Of a stretch of 64,000 nt of DNA, positions 1 to 8,878 are shown piece by piece. The notes beneath the pieces are model-generated. The model worked only from the letters and a program-made list of their open reading frames with translations. It was not told the origin of the DNA and ran no database searches. A program made the position numbers and the translations under genes. The DNA is from Eubacteriales bacterium (GTDB lineage: Bacteria > Bacillota > Clostridia > Oscillospirales > CAG-272). Position 1 is the first letter of the stretch, and every line of letters begins with the position of its first letter. Location of the stretch: the NCBI GenBank assembly GCA_045661245.1, contig JAZRFH010000015.1:1833-65832 (forward strand), read 5' to 3'.

Positions 1-3000
1 ACCCCGGCTTCAGAGTTGCAGATACCGCTGAGGCGGAAATATTGGCTGAGGGTATACTTGACGGACTGATTTCCGAGATTTACGAGGGTAGAGAGCCCGA
101 GGTTGCAACCCCTCTTGATTTTGAGCGCTTAGCCGACTGTATGACCGATACGAGAACGCAGGGCGAGCTTGCGGTTATTATACTTTCTCTTTATAATTCC
201 ACACTCTCCTCATTAGAGGGCGTCGGCTCTATTGCCGAGCTTGTAGAGGAATATAATCCCAATAAATATACCAATCCCGAGAGTACGCGCCTGATAGGCT
301 ACGCAATAGAGAGGGTAAAAGAGGCGGCGGCACACTACAAAAAGCATTTTGATGCTATAGTTTGCGAGATTGACCTTATCGGCAACCCGAAATCACAAAA
401 GCTTAGGGCAGTGCTTCAAGACGATATAGCATACCTTAACAATATAATTACGGCAAAGGGGTATACCGAGCTTCGAGGTGTGCTCTTTGATTACGAGCCT
501 GCAAGAACTCCTGCGTCGGGCGATAGCTCCTTGCCGCCTGTCACCGAGCTGAGAAAGAGCATGAAGGAAGACGTGCTTGGTATGCGCGAGAGATTTTTTT
601 CTTTTTCAAAGGAAGATATAAAGACGGCATACCAAGCTCTTTACAAGGAGCTTTCCGTGCTTTTGCGCGTGCTTTATAAATTTGACAGTCTATTCCGCAG
701 TGAAAAAATCAGGCGCGGAATTTTAGAGTATTCGGATATCGAGCGCTTTACCTATGAGTGCTTATGGCAAAACGGTGAGCTAAGCGAGGTTGCACTTGCA
801 CAAAGGTCACTCTACCGCGCGGTTTATATTGACGAGTACCAGGACGTAAACAGTCTTCAGAATAAAATATTCGAGGCCGTGTCTACGCCGTACAACCGCT
901 TTATGGTTGGTGATATAAAGCAGAGTATTTACGGATTCAGAAGCGCAAATACCGATATTTTTGCCGATATGAAAAAAAACTACGCGCCTATGCGCGAGGG
1001 TAGCGAGCCTGTGCCGAGCACCATATTTATGTCCGAAAATTTCAGGTGCGACAAGGGCGTTGTTGACTTTGTAAACGATATATTTGATAAATTATTTTAT
1101 CACCTGCGCGACAGCATTGGATATTTAGACGGCGACAGGCTTAAGTATGCCAAGCGGCACGAGAGTGAGCCCCAATACAGATACCCCGAAATTTGCGTAT
1201 CGGACAAGTGCGAGTTCCTGCCCGAAAGTGATAAAAAAACGCACACGCCTACCGTGGTAGCGCATAAAATCAAGGAGCTGCTCGCATCAGGTACTCTTGA
1301 TAACGGCCAGCCTGTGCGTCCGTCCGACATAGCTATAATTATGCGTGCCGCTAAGGGGCGCGAGGGCTATTACAAGGCCGCACTTGATGCACTTGGCATA
1401 CCTGCGGCGGTAGCTGACGATACGAGATTTTTCTTAAATTCAGAGGTCCTGCTCGCGCTCTCACTGCTTAACGCTATAGATAACCCAAGGAGAGATATAT
1501 ACCTTGTAGGTCTTATGTGCTCGCCGTTATATTCCTTCACACCCGACGAGCTAACAAAAATTCGTGCTGCCAGCGGCGCTACTGTTTACGAGAGTCTTGT
1601 AAGCTATACCGACGCGCACCCCGAGTTTGAAAAGGGTAAGGACTTTATTTCGGAGCTGAATTACTACCGTATGCTATCTGAGGGAATGCCCACTGACGAG
1701 CTGATTTCAATGCTCTTCAAATCAACGGGCCTTATGGCACTGGGTGCGGCGCGCGGCGGTAAGGATAATCTTTTGCTCCTATACGAGTATGCAAGAAGAT
1801 TTGAGGCTGGCTCATACAAGGGTTTATATAACTTCATCAGCTATATCAACAGTGTTATTGACAGAAAAAACGCCTTTGATAAGCGAGAGGCTCCAACAGA
1901 TACGGACAGTGTGCGTATTATCACGATACATTCGTCAAAGGGGCTTGAATTCCCGATAGTATTTTTCGTAGGTGCAGACGAGAGTCTTAACCGCTCATAC
2001 GGTGCGCCACCGAGATACGTATATAAAGAAAATTTCGGCATAGGTATGTTTGCGCGCACGCCCTCGGGTCTTGGCCTTGTTGAAAACCCCACGAAGGCTA
2101 TAATATCCGATTACGTAAAACGCAATGAGCTTGAAGAGGCGGCAAGAGTTATGTACGTTGCGCTTACAAGAGCGAGAGAGCGCCTGTACGTTGTTGCATC
2201 TTCGGGCAAAAAGCTTGATAGCTTATACGAGGAGATTGATGCTAAGCGAGAGTTTCTTGACGATTACTCGGTTTACTCACTTTCAAGCTATCTTGAATTT
2301 ATACTCTGTATGCGGCAGTTTAAAACGGTTAGCGCAACCGAATTTTTGGGCTTTTCACCTTTAGAGAGTGATACCTTAACCGAGTTGAATATTGTCGGCA
2401 CTGAAGTCAAGAGCGCGGCAAAGAGCATCGGGGACGATAGCCTTTCAGAGCTGCTCATATCAAGGTTTAACTTCAAATATCCCGATAAGTATAAAACCGA
2501 GATACCCGAAAAGGTGTCTGTATCCAAGCTGTATCCCAAAATGCTTGATGCGGTTGTGGGTGAGGTGCTGGACCTTTCGGCAGACGAGGCGGAAGAAAGA
2601 GCGGTGACATTAGGTGTCAAACCTGAATTTATAGGCGGAAGTCACGACGATGCTAAGATGCGCGGTATTGCTACGCACCTGCTTTTGCAGTTCTGCGACC
2701 TTGATTTGTTAAGAGAGAGGGGCGCTCGGGCAGAGCTTGAAAGGCTTGTCAGGGAAAAATTCATATCTGAAAGGGACGCAGCCCTTGTCAGACTTAATGA
2801 GGTGGAGTTGTTTAGAAATTCACGCCTGTGCCGCGATATGCTGGAAGCAGACGAGCTTTACCGAGAATTCAGATTTAACGTCAAGCTGCCCGCGCATCTG
2901 TTTGTAAGCGAAATAGACAGTGCGGCTCTTCTCCAAAACGAAAGTATTTTGGTGCAGGGTGTTATTGACTGCCTGTGGAGTGACAAGGACGGGAACTATC

Positions 3001-3218
3001 ACCTCGTTGATTATAAAACAGACAGGCTGACAGGCAAAGAGCTTGCCAACAGGGAGCTTGCTGAGGAAAAGCTAAGAAGTGCACATTCGGTTCAGCTCGG
3101 GTATTATAAAGAGGCGGTTAAGCTGATATTCGACAAATACCCGAGCACCGTAGAGGTGTATTCGATGCCGCTTGGTGATACTGTAAACGTAGATAAAACT
3201 GAGGAAAATCTATTATGA
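1..3218 (+). CDS. addA: ATP-dependent helicase/nuclease subunit A (AddA), 5'-truncated by window edge
   Basis: Frame 3 is open from nt 3 (..GFRVADTAEAEILAEG..), so the gene runs off the left edge. UvrD/PcrA helicase motifs VYIDEYQDVN, TIHSSKGLEF, YVALTRARERLY. C-terminal RecB-type nuclease motif GVIDCLW..LVDYKTD. Confidence 0.9.
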   Translation, partial: PGFRVADTAEAEILAEGILDGLISEIYEGREPEVATPLDFERLADCMTDTRTQGELAVIILSLYNSTLSSLEGVGSIAELVEEYNPNKYTNPESTRLIGYAIERVKEAAAHYKKHFDAIVCEIDLIGNPKSQKLRAVLQDDIAYLNNIITAKGYTELRGVLFDYEPARTPASGDSSLPPVTELRKSMKEDVLGMRERFFSFSKEDIKTAYQALYKELSVLLRVLYKFDSLFRSEKIRRGILEYSDIERFTYECLWQNGELSEVALAQRSLYRAVYIDEYQDVNSLQNKIFEAVSTPYNRFMVGDIKQSIYGFRSANTDIFADMKKNYAPMREGSEPVPSTIFMSENFRCDKGVVDFVNDIFDKLFYHLRDSIGYLDGDRLKYAKRHESEPQYRYPEICVSDKCEFLPESDKKTHTPTVVAHKIKELLASGTLDNGQPVRPSDIAIIMRAAKGREGYYKAALDALGIPAAVADDTRFFLNSEVLLALSLLNAIDNPRRDIYLVGLMCSPLYSFTPDELTKIRAASGATVYESLVSYTDAHPEFEKGKDFISELNYYRMLSEGMPTDELISMLFKSTGLMALGAARGGKDNLLLLYEYARRFEAGSYKGLYNFISYINSVIDRKNAFDKREAPTDTDSVRIITIHSSKGLEFPIVFFVGADESLNRSYGAPPRYVYKENFGIGMFARTPSGLGLVENPTKAIISDYVKRNELEEAARVMYVALTRARERLYVVASSGKKLDSLYEEIDAKREFLDDYSVYSLSSYLEFILCMRQFKTVSATEFLGFSPLESDTLTELNIVGTEVKSAAKSIGDDSLSELLISRFNFKYPDKYKTEIPEKVSVSKLYPKMLDAVVGEVLDLSADEAEERAVTLGVKPEFIGGSHDDAKMRGIATHLLLQFCDLDLLRERGARAELERLVREKFISERDAALVRLNEVELFRNSRLCRDMLEADELYREFRFNVKLPAHLFVSEIDSAALLQNESILVQGVIDCLWSDKDGNYHLVDYKTDRLTGKELANRELAEEKLRSAHSVQLGYYKEAVKLIFDKYPSTVEVYSMPLGDTVNVDKTEENLL

Positions 3219-4396
3219 GAGAAAGTGCTGTTAACTTCTGCAAAAGGCTCAATATTGAGTTCTTTGACGAGCTTATTCCTTATTACGAAAGAGGATTAAA
3301 GCTGAAGGGAGAGCTGGGGCTATCTATTTTCGATAAAGAAAGACTTATTAAGTTGAATGAAAAGTACAGCTTTTTTAAGCACGGGTTTGGCCCTGTTTTT
3401 GAGGCGCGAGAGCACATCATCAGAAATGAAGATATAGTGCTTTTCAATTACATAATGATTGAAATTATAAAGGACGGAAAAAATACCGACAAAATTCTGC
3501 CCGCACCTCTCGGTACGTCGCCTGAAACCGATTTTTGTAACACGTATGCGGTGCTTTACTTTGTTGAGTCGGCGATAGAGATACTGAAAAAGAGGTCGCT
3601 CTCAGACGAAATTATCGGTGATTCTCTCTCCGGCATAGAATCCGAGATGCTCGCTTATCACGATATGCACTCAAGATACGGCACGCGCGATTATCAGGAT
3701 TGGTACTTATATTTTATAAGGGGTGAAATTATCCGAATAGGACGATTGCAGTACCAGTTTACCACACTGTCTTCGCCAATTCGTATTTTTGAGCGTGACG
3801 GTGACGTTGTAATTATGATGGATAAGGTTGATATGCATAAAAAGGGCATGCTTTTCGGCTCGCTCGGTCAGGACGACGAGGCAGGAAGATATTATGCTGA
3901 GGTTAAGACGGACGGCAACCGTATCACAGGCTATGCAGCTAACAAATACGGTGAGGTTGAGCCTGTGCCTGTAACGATTGAGGGATATTCTGAGCCCCTG
4001 AAGCTCGGTGATAACATCGCAGCCATACATATCACAAACGGTGAGCCCTTCGGCTTTGACAGTGTAAAGGATTCCATAGACAGGGCGCTGGTTATTTTCA
4101 GAGAGCATTACCCCGATATGAATATTAAGGGTCTGTTCGGTCACTCATGGGTATTTGAAAAGCGTCTGCGCGATATAATGGGCAGAGATACAAATCTCAC
4201 CCGTCTTGCAGATTATTTCGTTTGTTATCCTGCTAAAGGAGGTATGCACGGCGTGTTTGAGTACGTTTTTTCAGTGCCGCAGGATACGCCTTACAAGAGC
4301 CTGCCCGAAAACACCTCCATGCAAAGGGGTATAAAAAAGTACCTGCTTGACGGAAATATCTTCTACGAAAAGATGGCAATAAGGTTAATTAAATAA
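3215..4396 (+). CDS. Conserved hypothetical protein, possibly GNAT-like acyltransferase (DUF5596-type)
   Basis: 393-aa ORF. Its ATG overlaps the addA stop (ATGA at 3215-3218). The pattern IGRLQYQ / AIHITNGEPF / GHSWVFEKRL resembles, from memory, the RLGRLQF / HIPxxGPL / SWLL pattern of N-acyltransferase N-terminal + GNAT-like C-terminal domain proteins. Not verified by search. Confidence 0.45.
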   Translation: MRESAVNFCKRLNIEFFDELIPYYERGLKLKGELGLSIFDKERLIKLNEKYSFFKHGFGPVFEAREHIIRNEDIVLFNYIMIEIIKDGKNTDKILPAPLGTSPETDFCNTYAVLYFVESAIEILKKRSLSDEIIGDSLSGIESEMLAYHDMHSRYGTRDYQDWYLYFIRGEIIRIGRLQYQFTTLSSPIRIFERDGDVVIMMDKVDMHKKGMLFGSLGQDDEAGRYYAEVKTDGNRITGYAANKYGEVEPVPVTIEGYSEPLKLGDNIAAIHITNGEPFGFDSVKDSIDRALVIFREHYPDMNIKGLFGHSWVFEKRLRDIMGRDTNLTRLADYFVCYPAKGGMHGVFEYVFSVPQDTPYKSLPENTSMQRGIKKYLLDGNIFYEKMAIRLIK

Positions 4397-4403
4397 AAAA
4401 ATG

Positions 4404-4434
4404 AGAGCTGTAAATAAAACTACAGCTCTTTTTC
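4404..4434. terminator. Bidirectional intrinsic terminator between convergent genes
   Basis: AGAGCTGTA (4404-4412) pairs with TACAGCTCT (4421-4429). T-run at 4429-4433, and an A-run upstream (4391-4400) gives a U-tract on the minus strand. Confidence 0.75.
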
Positions 4435-4445
4435 AATGCTTTGAT

Positions 4446-5228
4446 TTATTTAACACGTACGCTGACTTCTCCCGTAGCAAGCAGCTCCTCGCGGCCGTCG
4501 TCAAGCCTTAAGATAAGCTCGCATTTGTCACTTATGCCAAGCACTGTGGCAGGGTAGCTCTCACTCTTTTTTATAACCGTTACCGCTTTGCCTATAAGCG
4601 ACGAGTGGCGCCTGTATTCCTCAGCGCACTCAGGCGTGCCAAGCATACTGAGATTGCAAAAGAAAAGCTCGGTGACTCTTGCTGCCAGTGAGATGGGTGA
4701 TATGGGTGAGCCAAGCATCTCAAGTGTAGTTGCAATTTCGGCAATCTCGGAGTTGACAGCTTTGCCGAGGGCATTGATTCCGATGCCTACTACAGCATAT
4801 TTTAATCTGCCCGTGTCAGCCGAGAGTATTCCCTCGGTAAGTATACCCGAAAGCTTTTTGCCACCCAGCACAATGTCGTTTACCCACTTTATTTGCGCGG
4901 AAATGCCCGTAAGCTCCTCTATTGCCCGCCTTACTGTAATTGCTGTGTATGCGGTTATCGCAACTGCGTCAGAGAGGTCTGTGTCAAGCTTTAAGAGTAA
5001 GCTCATATAAAGACCGCCGCGCTCTGAGATAAATTTTCTGCCAAGCCTGCCGCGGCCGCCGGTTTGCTCCTCAGCTATAAAAAGAGCACGCTCGGCATCA
5101 TTGTTCTCAATAAAGGCACGTGCCTCGTCGTTTGTTGAACGTGTGGTTTCGTAAATGAATATGGGGAGCCCCGATTTGAGCTCCCCACACCTGAAGCTCT
5201 CGCGAAGCTTTTGTTCGGAAATCTTCAT
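4446..5228 (-). CDS. birA: Biotin--[acetyl-CoA-carboxylase] ligase, class I (no N-terminal HTH)
   Basis: 260 aa. BirA signature GGRGRLGRKF, KWVNDI, GIGIN. AAGGA RBS 7 nt upstream. Length and N-terminus show no winged-helix repressor domain. Confidence 0.9.
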   Translation of the reverse strand: MKISEQKLRESFRCGELKSGLPIFIYETTRSTNDEARAFIENNDAERALFIAEEQTGGRGRLGRKFISERGGLYMSLLLKLDTDLSDAVAITAYTAITVRRAIEELTGISAQIKWVNDIVLGGKKLSGILTEGILSADTGRLKYAVVGIGINALGKAVNSEIAEIATTLEMLGSPISPISLAARVTELFFCNLSMLGTPECAEEYRRHSSLIGKAVTVIKKSESYPATVLGISDKCELILRLDDGREELLATGEVSVRVK

Positions 5229-5261
5229 ACTAAGTCCTTAATGTAAATAAAACTTGTCTAA

Positions 5262-8200
5262 TTACTGCTTTTCAACAGAAATTACAACGTCTTCTCCGTT
5301 AACGTTCCATAGCTTATTGATGTCAAGCTTGGTATCAAACAGAATATCAACAGCAAGCGTTTCGTCCTTTATAACCTCCGCATTGCGCCTTGCAACTTCA
5401 GCTATTTTAGCATTGTCTGCAAATGCAATCTTGATATTGTCCATAACCTCAAAACCGGAATCCTTACGCATAGTCTGCACCTTTGAGATTATCTCGCGCA
5501 CGTTGCCCTCTTCTATAAGCTCGGGGGTAAGGTTTTTATCAATAACTACTGTGACACCGCGGTCTGAAAGGCTCTCAAAGCCCTCTTTTTTTGTCATTTC
5601 AATAAGCAGGTCGTCCTTTGTGAGCACGATTTCTGCATCTCTTGCGGTAAAGGTGATAGCACCCTTCTCGTTAAGCTCGTCCATAGCCGCGTTGCCGTCA
5701 AGAGAAGCAAGAGTATTTCTTATATCACCAAGATACTTGCCGTATTTAGGTCCTACGGTGCGTAGCTGGGGTTTAAACGAGTAGGTTGTAAACTCACGTA
5801 CGTTATCGGTAAAGATAACCTCTTTTACGTTAAGCTCGTCCCTGATAACCTCAATAAAGCTACCGTCGGGCGTCTTGTCTGCCTTAACAAACATTGTCGC
5901 AACAGGCTGGCGGTTCTTTATATTCGCGGCATTACGGCAAGCTCTGCCAAGCACTACAATGTCAACAACCTCGTCCATGTTTTCGATAAGCTTAAGGTCA
6001 ATAAAGCTCTCGTCAGCTACAGGGTAATCGCAAAGATGTACCGATACGGGTGCGGATTTATCAACAGAGCATACGAGATTTCTGTAAATATCCTCGGTAA
6101 TAAAGGGCACCATCGGTGCGGCAATCTTGGAAAGAGTTACAAGGCAGGTATAAAGTGTCATATACGCATTTACCTTATCGCTCGGCATATCCTTTACCCA
6201 GAAGCGCTCACGGCTGCGGCGTACGTACCAGTTGGAAAGACCGTCAACAAAGTCTTCAAGCACTCTCGTTGCTTCGGTAATCTTGTATGCACTGAGATAG
6301 CCGTCGACTGATTTAACGGTAGTATAAAGCTTTGAGAGAATCCATCTGTCCATAACCGAGAGAGAATCCTTGTCAAGCTTATGCTTTGTCGGGTCAAAGC
6401 CGTCAATATTTGCGTAAAGCACGTAGAACGCATAGGTGTTCCAAAGCGTGCCCATAAACTTTCTCTGCCCCTCAACTACCGCGTCGCCGTAGAATCGGTT
6501 AGGCAGCCAGGGTGCTGAATTTGAGTAGAAATACCAGCGTATTGCATCGGCGCCGTATACCTCAAGTGCCTCAAACGGGTCAACCGCGTTGCCCTTGGAC
6601 TTAGACATCTTCTGTCCTTCCTTGTCAAGCCGGTGGCCGAGCACAAGCACGTTTTTGTAGGGAGCCTTGTCAAAAACAAGTGTAGATATAGCCATAAGCG
6701 AGTAGAACCATCCGCGCGTCTGGTCTACACCCTCGCTTATGAAGTCAGCAGGGAACTGACGGCTGAAGAGCTCCCCGTTTTCAAAGGGGTAGTGCCGCTG
6801 TGCAAAGGGCATAGAGCCTGAGTCAAACCAGCAGTCGATAGCCTCTTTAACACGCTTCATTTCGCCGCCGCATTTCGGGCACTTAAGGGTAACGGCATCT
6901 ATAAAGGGACGGTGTAGCTCGATATTATCGGGGCAGTTATCAGACATCGCCTTAAGCTCTGCAATAGAGCCTACAGAGTGGCGGTGGCCGCACTTACATT
7001 CCCATATATTGAGAGGAGTTCCCCAATAGCGGTCGCGTGAAAGACCCCAGTCCTGCACGTTTTCAAGCCAGTCGCCAAAGCGGCCCTTGCCGATGTTTTC
7101 GGGTATCCAGTTAACCGTATTGTTGTTAGCAATAAGTCTGTCGCGCACCTTTGTCATTTCGATAAACCAGGTGTCACGCGCATAGTAAATAAGGGGTGTG
7201 TTACATCTCCAGCAGTGCGGATAGTCGTGCTCAAACTTAGGTGCTGAGAAGAGCTTACCTTCTTTATCAAGGTCTGCAAGAATAAGTGGGTCTGCCTTCT
7301 TTACAAACACTCCGCTGTAAGCGGTTTCTTCGGTTAATTCACCCTTGCCGTTTACAAACTGTACGAATGGGAGCTTGTATTTTCTGCCCACCCTGTTATC
7401 GTCCTCACCGAATGCGGGGGCGATGTGTACGATACCCGTACCGTCAGACATAGTAACGTAGCCGTCGCATACAATGTAGTGTCCCTTAGCACCTTGACGC
7501 TCCGCTTCCTTGCCGGTGCATTCAAAAAGGGGCTCGTACTCGCGGTATTCAAGGGCGGTACCGGGCATTTCTTCAATTATTTCATAGGCAGGCGCATCCT
7601 CGGTCTTAAGAGGACCAAGCACGGTATCAAGCAGTGCCTTTGCCATATAGTAGGTGTATCCGTCTATAGCCTTTACCTTGCAATAGGTGTCGGTCGGGTT
7701 AACGCAAAGCGCAACGTTTGAGGGCAGTGTCCATGGCGTTGTCGTCCAAGCGAGGAAATACGCGTCCTCACTCTTGCACTTAAAACGTGCGATAGCGGAG
7801 CGCTCTTTTACCGCCTTGTAGCCCTGCGCTACCTCGTGGCTTGAGAGAGGGGTGCCGCATCTCGGGCAGTAGGGAACTATCTTAAATCCCTTATACAAAA
7901 GGCCCTTATCCCAGATTTCCTTAAGTGCCCACCATTCACTTTCAATAAAGTCGTTTGTATAGGTAACGTAGGGGTGCTCCATATCAGCCCAGAAGCCGAC
8001 GGTGCCCGAGAAATCCTCCCACATCTCCTTGTATTTCCAAACACTTTCCTTACAGTGAGCGATAAAGGGCTCAAGGCCGTATGCCTCAATCTGGTCCTTG
8101 CCGTCTATGCCGAGCTTCTTTTCAACTTCAAGCTCAACCGGCAATCCGTGAGTATCCCAGCCTGCTTTTCTGTAAACGCACTTGCCCTTCATTGTCTGAT

Positions 8201-8417
8201 ATCTCGGCACCATGTCCTTGATAACTCTTGTAAGCACGTGACCTATATGGGGCTTGCCGTTTGCGGTGGGCGGGCCGTCGTAGAAGGTGTAGAGAGGACT
8301 GCCCTCTCTTGTATCAATGCTTTTTTCAAAGATACCGTTCTCTTCCCAAAATTTACGTACAGCCTTTTCTCTTGCAGAGAAATTCATTCCCGCACTGACC
8401 TTTTCGTAGATTTCCAT
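5262..8417 (-). CDS. ileS: Isoleucine--tRNA ligase (type 2, long form)
   Basis: HIGH motif PPTANGKPHIGH, KMSKS motif KMSKSKGN, Zn-ribbon CPRCGT / CPKCGG. Start moved to the ATG at 8417 (MEIYEKVSAGMNFSAREK..) because GAGAGG lies 7 nt upstream. The track start at 8453 has no RBS. Confidence 0.93.
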   Translation of the reverse strand: MEIYEKVSAGMNFSAREKAVRKFWEENGIFEKSIDTREGSPLYTFYDGPPTANGKPHIGHVLTRVIKDMVPRYQTMKGKCVYRKAGWDTHGLPVELEVEKKLGIDGKDQIEAYGLEPFIAHCKESVWKYKEMWEDFSGTVGFWADMEHPYVTYTNDFIESEWWALKEIWDKGLLYKGFKIVPYCPRCGTPLSSHEVAQGYKAVKERSAIARFKCKSEDAYFLAWTTTPWTLPSNVALCVNPTDTYCKVKAIDGYTYYMAKALLDTVLGPLKTEDAPAYEIIEEMPGTALEYREYEPLFECTGKEAERQGAKGHYIVCDGYVTMSDGTGIVHIAPAFGEDDNRVGRKYKLPFVQFVNGKGELTEETAYSGVFVKKADPLILADLDKEGKLFSAPKFEHDYPHCWRCNTPLIYYARDTWFIEMTKVRDRLIANNNTVNWIPENIGKGRFGDWLENVQDWGLSRDRYWGTPLNIWECKCGHRHSVGSIAELKAMSDNCPDNIELHRPFIDAVTLKCPKCGGEMKRVKEAIDCWFDSGSMPFAQRHYPFENGELFSRQFPADFISEGVDQTRGWFYSLMAISTLVFDKAPYKNVLVLGHRLDKEGQKMSKSKGNAVDPFEALEVYGADAIRWYFYSNSAPWLPNRFYGDAVVEGQRKFMGTLWNTYAFYVLYANIDGFDPTKHKLDKDSLSVMDRWILSKLYTTVKSVDGYLSAYKITEATRVLEDFVDGLSNWYVRRSRERFWVKDMPSDKVNAYMTLYTCLVTLSKIAAPMVPFITEDIYRNLVCSVDKSAPVSVHLCDYPVADESFIDLKLIENMDEVVDIVVLGRACRNAANIKNRQPVATMFVKADKTPDGSFIEVIRDELNVKEVIFTDNVREFTTYSFKPQLRTVGPKYGKYLGDIRNTLASLDGNAAMDELNEKGAITFTARDAEIVLTKDDLLIEMTKKEGFESLSDRGVTVVIDKNLTPELIEEGNVREIISKVQTMRKDSGFEVMDNIKIAFADNAKIAEVARRNAEVIKDETLAVDILFDTKLDINKLWNVNGEDVVISVEKQ

Positions 8418-8451
8418 ATCATACCTCTCATAAAAGAAAACTTTAACAAAC

Positions 8452-8690
8452 AAAAAATCCGTTCCCTATGGAAACGGAAAAAAGACCACCTTTTCACATA
8501 TCAATCAATATGCGCCCGCGTTACGGTGGGCATCCGATGCCCATTACAGTGGATAGCCACACTCACAGGCATAGCTCGGAAGTGATTTTCACATACGCAT
8601 ACTCGGTATTGGCTCACACCGTACGCCAACTCTCTTTGACCATTTTTGCATAGCTACTGTCTTCGTCACAGCTTTTGTTCATTGTCAAAT
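8452..8690 (-). promoter_or_regulatory. T-box leader (tRNA-Ile sensing; specifier AUC) with terminator
   Basis: Read on the minus strand: Stem I elements AGAGAG and GGTGTGAG. Specifier-loop context GAAA-AUC-A (AUC = complement of 8584-8586). GGUGGU T-box core (AAAAGGTGGTC). Terminator hairpin TCCGTTTCC-ATA-GGGAACGGA (8458-8478) followed by TTTTTTG. Directly upstream of ileS. Confidence 0.65.
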
Positions 8691-8693
8691 AGT

Positions 8694-8722
8694 AGTATAC
8701 AGTAATTCATTTGAATTGTCAA
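8694..8722 (-). promoter_or_regulatory. Sigma-A promoter for the ileS leader
   Basis: Minus strand: TTGACA (8717-8722), 17-nt spacer, TATACT (8694-8699). Confidence 0.7.
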
Positions 8723-8787
8723 GAGATTTTTTGCGCGTTGTATATTTTAAACAAAAAGTTAAATTATAGCTTTAATAATTTTTAAGG

Positions 8788-8817
8788 TTGACAATGCTTA
8801 AACTTTTGTGATATTAT
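8788..8817 (+). promoter_or_regulatory. Sigma-A promoter for the P-type ATPase gene
   Basis: TTGACA (8788-8793), 18-nt spacer, TATTAT (8812-8817). Confidence 0.55.
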
Positions 8818-8878
8818 GTTATTATGAAATAGGTGGGTAAAACCGCCGATTTTTGGAAAAAAGGACAGTGACTTAGTA

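Noticed and set aside
5254-8585. Plus-strand ORFs of 176 aa (5254-5784) and 203 aa (7974-8585) inside or opposite ileS
   Set aside because: They are antisense to a gene with unambiguous HIGH/KMSKS motifs. The products are Ser/Leu-rich nonsense, and the second one runs across the T-box leader.
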